Source: a virus. From it: a stretch of DNA of 17,260 nucleotides. The translations under genes and the position numbers were made by a program. The notes under the pieces were generated by a model. It made no database searches and was not told where the DNA came from. It saw nothing but the letters and a program-made list of their open reading frames with translations. The first letter of the stretch is position 1. Each line of letters opens with the position of its first letter. Shown here one piece after another: positions 7,984-13,675 of the stretch. The stretch is from the IMG/VR virus record IMGVR_UViG_3300029120_000055. One strand, written 5' to 3'.

Positions 7984-8012
7984 ATATTACCTTCTTTTTC
8001 CTTCTTTGTCAA
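7984..8012 (-). promoter_or_regulatory. Sigma70-like promoter motif inside the intron, upstream of tnpB
   Basis: The minus strand reads TTGACA (8012-8007), a 17-nt spacer, then TAATAT (7989-7984). It lies between the R and S elements in the P8-region insertion. This is a motif match only. Confidence 0.35.
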
Positions 8013-8292
8013 GAGGTAATTTGAGATTTCTTGATGGGATGCCCACCACTTCGGACGGCCTATCGCTTGCCGTCCTACTCCCTTCCGGGATAGTCGTTGA
8101 ACCTTCCTCTCTTCGAGGCTTGGCTGCTGATTGCCCATTATTCTAGCGTTTAGGTTTTAACCTTGCGCCATGCAACCGCTTCTTTCTACTTTCGTTGCCA
8201 TCACGCTTAGAGTTATTCACTCTTACGTTGTGGCGCGGTTGCCTTTAGGGTGTCCCAGCATTTCAATGGGTTTCTATTTTTCGAACATATTC

Positions 8293-10497
8293 CTATGAAC
8301 GTGACCTGCATTTACAAGCCACTATGTTTCCAGTATTGATACGATACTCAGCGACTTCCTTGGAAATTTGCCCCTCGCCATCGCCAACATTTTGTGCAAT
8401 TTCGAGTTCGGCCTGAGCAAACGCCATTTGGCCTTCAAGAGATGCTTTCTTAGCCTGAAGGTCTGCAATCTCCGCATCAATGGCCGCATTAACCTGTTCT
8501 TGTTTGCCGCTGATAAACGCATCAACGACGCCCTGATTCAACGTCACCTGACCATCAGCGGATACGGTTGCATTCGCAAGAATCTCAGGATACGCCTCAG
8601 CAAACTCACGCGCCTTGTCGGCAGAAATTGTGAAGCTGTCCGCGACTGTATTCTGAATCGACGCGATTTGCTCAAGTACGCCAGAGCATGTGTCAAAAGT
8701 GCTTAGGATGCCAGACCACGGGCTTGGCATATTATTCAACAACCGGTTATTCTCAGCAATCGCCGCATTGTTCTTTGCGATTTCGGCTGTGTAGTCCGAA
8801 ATCGCAAGAGTGCTGCGTTTATCATTGGCATTTTGCAGGTTATCAATATGCTTTTGAAGTTCATTATTGGATGCCTCAAGCGCAGCAGTTTCTTCTCTAA
8901 TGGCATCTGCCTCAGCCTTATTCGCAGCATCAATAGACGTAGACGATGCCTCGCTCATCACATCCTTGACGGTGGACATGGCAGCGCTGAAGGAGTCAGT
9001 CGCGTTCGTTGCATTTTGAGCCGCATCGGCATATTGCGGGAAGGTCTGATTGGCCACTTCAGTCAGATATTGCTTATACTGATCTGACGCACCCGCCATG
9101 TTGTTGATAGACGCGATAAAGGAATCGAACGTCTCTTGAGAATTGACCGTCATTTCCTTGAGCATATCAGATATTTTAATGACAGCATCATTCTGCATCT
9201 GATTTGCAACCGCCGAATTATACTCATCAACGATACTTTGATAGAGATCAATTTTACTCTGGATGTCATTCAAGAGCTGAGAGTTCTCGTTCTCATCCGA
9301 GCTACGCCATTCATCCGAACTTAAAAGCGTATCTTGAATTTCTTTATAGATATCGACCATACCGGCCGCATCTTTGTTCATTGCCGCCCAGCTCACGTCA
9401 ATCTTGTTGTTGACATCCAGTAGAGCGCTACCAGAATAACTAGCTTCTTTAAGTGCCTTGTTCAGAGCCTTGCTATTTGCAAGCTCGATATCCGCTCCCA
9501 TAGAATACGGGTTGTCAATCGTTTTAGTGCCAGTGCCCTCAGTAAGAGCACCTTGCTTGTACTTGTTTGTGGCGCTTTCTACCTTCGTCTGAAGCGCATT
9601 CGCATTCTGTTTTGCCTGTTCAGCAGAGATATTTTTGAGCTTGGAAACCTCGTCATCTAACTTGCCATTCACAAGGTCAAGGTTGTTTGCCTGAGAGCCA
9701 ACCAACTCTGTGATCTGGTCTTGGATGCTTCGGGCTTGCTCACGAGAAGACGAATCAAAATCACCGGCAGAAGCAAGTTTGCTGTACTGCGCAATGAGGT
9801 CGTTCAGTTGTTCGCGCTGATCGTTCGCGGCACTAGCAACGTCATTGACCTTTTGCTCGTTTTCCTCAGCAGCCTGTTTTGCTTTTTCTTGAGCATTGCG
9901 AATCGCATTGATACCAACAGAGGCAATCGTTGTGATGGCGGAAATGATTGCCACAGGACTGCTGATGAAGTTCTTTGCAGCAGCCTTAACAGCAAGTGTC
10001 ATATTGCCAGCCCATTCTTTAAGAGAGGAGGAATGACTTCTGGTAGCCAATTCTGCCGCAATTTGTTTCTGTTGTTGTTTTGACAGCGACTTGCCAAAAT
10101 CAGACGCGGCAATTCTCGCTTCTATTTCGGCCTGAGCATACTTTTTGTCAGCCTCAATACCAAGTTGTTGAGCGACAGTAGCCTTGTCAAGATTGTACTT
10201 TTTGGCGACGAAAGCTATTTTTTGCTCGTTTGTGCTACGAATTGACTCAAGATTAGCCAAGACATTATCGCGTTCTTTGTCTGTGAGCGCGGCCGTGCTA
10301 AGTAATAAGCGCTGTTGCTCTGCGGACAAGCCAGCCACAGCAGCAGTATATTCATTTACCTTAGCAGCATCAACCTCGTTAACAACAGACCCGGCAACAG
10401 CCGTTCCGCCAGAAACATTCGGCGTCTTATCCGCGTATTCGTTATTAAGTGCCTCTATTTGCGACTTCGCATTTTTTAATACTTTAAGTGATGCCAA
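8293..10497 (-). CDS. Tape-measure-like coiled-coil tail protein (middle segment); the last 8-9 codons and the stop are supplied by the intron
   Basis: The 734-aa frame is rich in Ala, Gln, Glu and Asn and looks like a coiled coil. It has a hydrophobic segment, FISSPVAIISAITTIASVGINAI. The frame opens immediately after in-frame TAA-TGA (10503-10498) with a TTG. There is no ATG before codon 166 and no Shine-Dalgarno sequence upstream. The tail ...NIVA-CKCRSRS* runs into the P1 region of the intron. Confidence 0.75.
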   Translation of the reverse strand: MASLKVLKNAKSQIEALNNEYADKTPNVSGGTAVAGSVVNEVDAAKVNEYTAAVAGLSAEQQRLLLSTAALTDKERDNVLANLESIRSTNEQKIAFVAKKYNLDKATVAQQLGIEADKKYAQAEIEARIAASDFGKSLSKQQQKQIAAELATRSHSSSLKEWAGNMTLAVKAAAKNFISSPVAIISAITTIASVGINAIRNAQEKAKQAAEENEQKVNDVASAANDQREQLNDLIAQYSKLASAGDFDSSSREQARSIQDQITELVGSQANNLDLVNGKLDDEVSKLKNISAEQAKQNANALQTKVESATNKYKQGALTEGTGTKTIDNPYSMGADIELANSKALNKALKEASYSGSALLDVNNKIDVSWAAMNKDAAGMVDIYKEIQDTLLSSDEWRSSDENENSQLLNDIQSKIDLYQSIVDEYNSAVANQMQNDAVIKISDMLKEMTVNSQETFDSFIASINNMAGASDQYKQYLTEVANQTFPQYADAAQNATNATDSFSAAMSTVKDVMSEASSTSIDAANKAEADAIREETAALEASNNELQKHIDNLQNANDKRSTLAISDYTAEIAKNNAAIAENNRLLNNMPSPWSGILSTFDTCSGVLEQIASIQNTVADSFTISADKAREFAEAYPEILANATVSADGQVTLNQGVVDAFISGKQEQVNAAIDAEIADLQAKKASLEGQMAFAQAELEIAQNVGDGEGQISKEVAEYRINTGNIVACKCRSRS

Positions 10498-10551
10498 TCA
10501 TTACAATATGATGCCGACCAAACATTATATTGTTTCAAACTAATGTGCGAG

Positions 10552-10580
10552 TTGACAAATAAGAGAAAACGTGGTAATCT
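10552..10580 (+). promoter_or_regulatory. Sigma70-like promoter for the only plus-strand gene
   Basis: TTGACA (10552-10557), a 17-nt spacer, then TAATCT (10575-10580) preceded by TGG (extended -10 style). The RBS AAGGAAGTGAG and the ATG at 10610 follow. Confidence 0.5.
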
Positions 10581-10609
10581 TAGTAACTAATACAAAAGGA
10601 AGTGAGACT

Positions 10610-11302
10610 ATGGCATGGGAAGATGTCGTTACTAATATTGGCCGTCACTTGACGGGAGACGTGTGCCCACAGTGTAAGCGCGCATGGATTCCCGGAAGTA
10701 GATGCCCCTACTGCGGGTATTCACCTAAAATTATTGCTTGCCCAAAATGCGCTGAAATTGTGAAGCCATCAATCGCAGAGCGTAGAAGAATTATGGACGA
10801 TCCTAAAAAAGCCAAAACAACGTTCCTCTGCTCATGTAATGTTCCATATATAGAATTGGACATGACATATGATGAATACAACAAAATCTATTATTCCAAC
10901 TATAAAACAGAATCGTGGTGGCCTGATCGCTGGATCGCATCCGCACACATCCTAGCAAAATATGCGACAAACAGACCAATATTCGAAAATTTGTTTGACA
11001 AGTCACAACTAGACACTGAATCGGATGCATATAAATACCATTACGCACTCATGTATCCAGAATCAGAAGAAAGCATAGAATATTTCAGAAATGATGGCGG
11101 AATTGAGAACTACTACTTTCCTCAAAATCCAGACGCTACTTCTCGTCCCAAGCACGTTCCCAAATGCCCCATCTGCGGCTCTGAAAATCTCACGCGACTG
11201 ACCACGATGAAGAAGGCTGCAAAAATAGCGCTGGTAGGAATTTATGGACTTGGAGATTGTGGAAAGACGTGGAAATGCAATAATTGTGGTAGCAAGTTTT
11301 GA
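10610..11302 (+). CDS. Multi-zinc-ribbon protein (230 aa), function unknown
   Basis: The start is taken at ATG 10610 (MAWEDV), which has a good RBS. Cysteine pairs are CPQCKRAW...CPYCG, CPKC and a C-terminal CPICGSENL...CNNCGSKF. This is the only plus-strand gene and it lies in the AT-richer island. Confidence 0.75.
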   Translation: MAWEDVVTNIGRHLTGDVCPQCKRAWIPGSRCPYCGYSPKIIACPKCAEIVKPSIAERRRIMDDPKKAKTTFLCSCNVPYIELDMTYDEYNKIYYSNYKTESWWPDRWIASAHILAKYATNRPIFENLFDKSQLDTESDAYKYHYALMYPESEESIEYFRNDGGIENYYFPQNPDATSRPKHVPKCPICGSENLTRLTTMKKAAKIALVGIYGLGDCGKTWKCNNCGSKF

Positions 11303-11309
11303 CATGACG

Positions 11310-11342
11310 AAGGCGAGGCCATTTAGCCTCGCCTTTTTCTTT
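11310..11342 (+). terminator. Rho-independent terminator between convergent genes
   Basis: AAGGCGAGGC (11310-11319) pairs with GCCTCGCCTT (11326-11335) around a 6-nt loop, followed by TTTCTTTATT. On the minus strand the same hairpin lacks a U-tract. Confidence 0.7.
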
Positions 11343-11607
11343 ATTGACTGGAATTACCATAAATTTTCGCCCTGCTATTCATCATGCTCTTTGATAGCAT
11401 GTCGTAGTTCTCTTGGATTCTGCGCGTCGTCTTTTCAGATTCAATTTGTCTCTCTCGAATTGCTTGTAACTGCTTGTCCGAAATATCAGAATTTATTGCA
11501 ATTTGAAATTCACCGCGTTTTTTTATGGGCGATACCACAAGTACACCCGCTTTGGCGGCTCTATTGCCAGCCTTCGACTGTTTAATTACAAACCGCTTCT
11601 TCTTCAT
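11341..11607 (-). CDS. Small basic protein (88 aa), function unknown
   Basis: An internal ATG at 11607 (MKKKRFVIKQSK...) is preceded by AGGGAG. It overlaps the end of the upstream 346-aa gene by 26 nt, consistent with a two-gene operon. The 119-aa version in the ORF track would overlap much more. Confidence 0.5.
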   Translation of the reverse strand: MKKKRFVIKQSKAGNRAAKAGVLVVSPIKKRGEFQIAINSDISDKQLQAIRERQIESEKTTRRIQENYDMLSKSMMNSRAKIYGNSSQ

Positions 11608-12622
11608 GAGGGCGCTCCCTTCGATAACCATTTTGTCCCTTATCAGCAATTTTATAGACAACCCCGAAAAGTTGCCCGTATACACCGGATAACCGCTCAC
11701 ACTGATCTAACAACTGTTCTTGGGGCGCTATAAAGGCGTCATCATATGCAATTATTTCAATAAGAATTTCTGTGTTAAATCCGATGTCTAAAATTGGTAT
11801 TGCCATGTACTGATTATATCGGAATCCAGCTAATCTACAATTCCTTCTTGCGCCATATTTAGCGCGCTCATATTGTTTTTTCGTTTTCCAGTGTGCCCAA
11901 TAGAAATTTTCGACCATATCTTTCCACGAGGGCAACACATACTTATCGACGTCACCTTTTAAACACTTGACAAAATAATATTTATCGAGTTCTTTGCTAT
12001 CGACTTTTCGATACACAAACAATCCATAACGATATAAATCGTTATCGACTATACGATGAACCGCCTTGTCGCGGCTGACGCCGATCAACCTCACGTTCCC
12101 TTCAAGCGAATCATACTCATAAATATTAACAGCAAAACACTTTGGAGAATTGAATCTTTGTGAACAACTCGTCTTAATACCATCTGCACAAATATTCATA
12201 AGTGTCTTGAAAGATACATCCCCAGACTCAAAGACAGAATCAAGCAATTCAAGGGCTATAGAAAATGAAAACATATAATCTTGTTTTAGCTGTTCTATAC
12301 TCGTTTTTGAATACTCTGCATCTTCTCGTAATTTTAATACAGATTCCTCATATACGAATTGCAAAAATAAAAGAAAAATTCCGACGAGGACAACTAGAGC
12401 AGTGGCTACTCCATCCGCCCAAAATTGGGCAACTTTGCTTCTCCAATCCAACAACAAATACAGCAAAGATAAGGCAACAGGCGCAACAAACATAAATATA
12501 ATGACAAGATTAGAGTACGTTTTAAACTTGTGTTCACAACGTGCGAGCCTCGTCTCAGGCGGAATACTAGCCTTCATTTTGTCAACAACTTTTTCAGCAC
12601 AATTATCGACAAGAATCATCAT
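11582..12622 (-). CDS. Membrane protein with two N-terminal TM helices and a cytoplasmic C-terminal domain (346 aa), function unknown
   Basis: Hydrophobic helices are LVIIFMFVAPVALSLLYLLL and VATALVVLVGIFLLFLQFVY. The RBS AAAGAGGGG precedes ATG 12622. The gene has its own promoter at 12732-12761 and an AT-rich codon composition unlike the structural genes. Confidence 0.75.
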   Translation of the reverse strand: MMILVDNCAEKVVDKMKASIPPETRLARCEHKFKTYSNLVIIFMFVAPVALSLLYLLLDWRSKVAQFWADGVATALVVLVGIFLLFLQFVYEESVLKLREDAEYSKTSIEQLKQDYMFSFSIALELLDSVFESGDVSFKTLMNICADGIKTSCSQRFNSPKCFAVNIYEYDSLEGNVRLIGVSRDKAVHRIVDNDLYRYGLFVYRKVDSKELDKYYFVKCLKGDVDKYVLPSWKDMVENFYWAHWKTKKQYERAKYGARRNCRLAGFRYNQYMAIPILDIGFNTEILIEIIAYDDAFIAPQEQLLDQCERLSGVYGQLFGVVYKIADKGQNGYRRERPHEEEAVCN

Positions 12623-12731
12623 GAAACCCCTCTTTAAGTATTACAATTTCAATCTACAACTTTTTTACAAATTGTCAATACAAAAATGGGATTTTCGAGA
12701 TTTATGTTATTACATACCGTCTTGCGTATTC

Positions 12732-12761
12732 ATTATACCATTATTTAATCCGCATGGTCAA
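12732..12761 (-). promoter_or_regulatory. Strong sigma70-like promoter (extended -10) for the membrane-protein operon
   Basis: The minus strand reads TTGACC (12761-12756), an 18-nt spacer ending in TGG, then TATAAT (12737-12732). It lies about 110 nt upstream of ATG 12622. Confidence 0.55.
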
Positions 12762-12787
12762 CCACTTTAATTAACACAAAGCCCATG

Positions 12788-13021
12788 CTATAAGCATATG
12801 TCATTAGCGACATAATTTGTATAGGCAGATTCGTGACCATTGCATTTCTGGACAATAAAAGTTCCCAATTTCTCGTTTTTAGACGTTTCCCTTACACCAT
12901 CAGCATAGGAACTATATGTCCCAAACACAGCTTCATCTTTTATTGCAAGGAAAGAATCACCATACTCTTTAAATAAATCGGAATAATTAGTCAAGAACCA
13001 CTTATATTCATTTTCTATCAT
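12788..13021 (-). CDS. Small protein (77 aa), resembling a DUF5678-type fold (tentative)
   Basis: ATG at 13021 (MIENEYKWFL...) is preceded by AGGTG. The pattern W..N...L...YG..FLAIKDEAVFG......A.......KLGTFIVQK resembles small DUF5678-type proteins. The ORF track starts it at GTG 13042. Confidence 0.55.
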   Translation of the reverse strand: MIENEYKWFLTNYSDLFKEYGDSFLAIKDEAVFGTYSSYADGVRETSKNEKLGTFIVQKCNGHESAYTNYVANDICL

Positions 13022-13028
13022 ACGACAC

Positions 13029-13196
13029 CTAAACATTGCCACAAATCGCGTTCTTTTGCACGGATTCTATTTGGCATCCGCGCCTAGACGCAACGCCGAT
13101 CTCAACCAACTTCTCGAATTCTGCCCATGCAGATTCATACCCGTCACAAACGCTTTTGTCAAACACGCTTGCATCATACGCCTCGTTCAATACCAC
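13029..13196 (-). CDS. Possible small ORF (55 aa, GTG start), not in the supplied track
   Basis: I translated the minus strand by hand: GTG(13196) VLNEAYDASVFDKSVCDGYESAWAEFEKLVEIGVASRRGCQIESVQKNAICGNV TAG(13031-13029). AGGTG lies 6 nt upstream. The stop is 7 nt before the ATG of the next ORF. The frame opens right after TAG and TAA stops, so it could alternatively be a 3' exon. Confidence 0.3.
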   Translation of the reverse strand: MVLNEAYDASVFDKSVCDGYESAWAEFEKLVEIGVASRRGCQIESVQKNAICGNV

Positions 13197-13199
13197 CAA

Positions 13200-13675
13200 T
13201 TACACCTATCCTTTATTTAGATGAGCCACCTGTTGCCGCAGGTGGCTCATCAGGCATTCAGAGAAATGTTGTTCCAGCAACGTCTCTCTGCCAGTTTGTG
13301 AGCCGTATGCTGCAACAGGCGGCTCACGGGTTTGTGAAGCAATGCTTCAGCGACTCACTATATCACTATTTTGGTCGACGGCGTGACCCGCCTGTAATTT
13401 TTACGCTTTCGCGCTGATTTGGAATACCCCTTCACGACTCATTGAGCCGTGCAGCCATTATACTCTCTGAACGTTCTCATGCGAACATGAGCTTCGCTGC
13501 GGATTCCTTTCGGTTCCCGGAGTGGAATTACAAAACCACTCGCCTTTCGGCCAATTTCGGCTGTTTTGCCAATGCTCCCTCACTTGCAACTCACGCTGCA
13601 AGCTCGTTCCGTGTCACCACCAGAGCATATGTGGGCACATCATGAGAACCCGTCATTTTGGGTCTACCCACAGAA
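13200..13675 (-). ncRNA. ORF-less structured RNA, a candidate second group I intron related to the IStron ribozyme (boundaries uncertain)
   Basis: The minus strand at 13506-13456 reads AAUCCGCAGCG-AAGC-[CUCAUG-UUCG-CAUGAG]-AAC-GUUCAGAGAGUAU. This parallels the IStron Q-P6-R block, AAUCAGCAGCC-AAGC-[CCUC-GAAGA-GAGG]-AAG-GUUCAACGACUAU.

An S-like motif, GUGAUAUAGUGAGUC, lies at 13366-13352. Tetraloop helices are GCC-GAAA-GGC (13551-13542), CGC-GAAA-GCG (13413-13404) and CUCAUG-UUCG-CAUGAG (13491-13476).

Two 3' hairpins are present: 8 bp at 13327-13298 and 13 bp at 13251-13220. A possible P7 is CGGCUCA (13449-13443) with UGAGUCG (13357-13351).

The canonical R/S pairing is not clean, so the RNA may be divergent or degenerate. 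Confidence 0.45.

Larger units (their letters stand above)
6550..8317 (-). mobile_element. IStron: group I intron fused to a tnpB-only IS200/IS605-type element, inserted in a tape-measure-like gene (ends approximate, about +/-30 nt)
   Basis: The order ribozyme core, tnpB, omega-RNA-like right end matches the IStron layout. The element has the same orientation as the interrupted host ORF. The host frame stops 8-9 codons into the element. The downstream frame opens inside the right end and has no start signal. No tnpA is present. Confidence 0.72.
7822..8317 (-). ncRNA. Group I intron ribozyme core (5' part of the IStron)
   Basis: The classical conserved elements occur in order on the minus strand:
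- P-like: AAAUGCUGGGA (8263-8253)
- Q-like: AAUCAGCAGCC (8132-8122)
- R-like: GUUCAACGACUAU (8102-8090)
- S-like: GAAGAUAUAGUC (7928-7917)

P4 can form as UGCUG (8260-8256) with CAGCA (8129-8125). P7 can form as GACUAU (8095-8090) with AUAGUC (7922-7917).

Capped helices are present: UCCC-GGAA-GGGA (8090-8079), CCAACG-UGAAAG-CGUUGG (7912-7895) and CGGC-UUCG-GCCG (7893-7882). An 8-bp long-range stem joins 8242-8235 with 8179-8172.

A candidate P1 is GGCUUGU (8320-8314) with GCAGGUC (8309-8303), with U.G wobbles at U8317 and U8314. Confidence 0.75.

Noticed and set aside
7839-8138. A 99-aa minus-strand ORF (MGNQQPSLEERK...) between tnpB and the TMP-like gene.
   Set aside because: It lies entirely within the ribozyme core and spans the Q, P6, R, P8 and S elements and the tetraloop helices. 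It has no SD. The open frame is best explained by chance in structured RNA.
11341-11700. The 119-aa version of the small minus-strand ORF.
   Set aside because: The first 31 codons overlap the 346-aa membrane-protein gene in another frame and have no RBS. The internal ATG at 11607 has an AGGGAG SD.
13220-13251. A perfect 13-bp hairpin (GATGAGCCACCTG/CAGGTGGCTCATC), considered as a rho-independent terminator.
   Set aside because: No U-tract follows it on either strand. It is more likely a peripheral helix of the structured RNA or a transposase-type subterminal hairpin.
13457-13485. A promoter-like TTCGCA-N17-TATAAT on the minus strand inside the second structured RNA.
   Set aside because: The -35 is weak, and the -10 coincides with the R-like core element (GUUCAGAGAGUAUAAU). 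The match is probably incidental. I keep it only as a possibility for driving the small ORFs.
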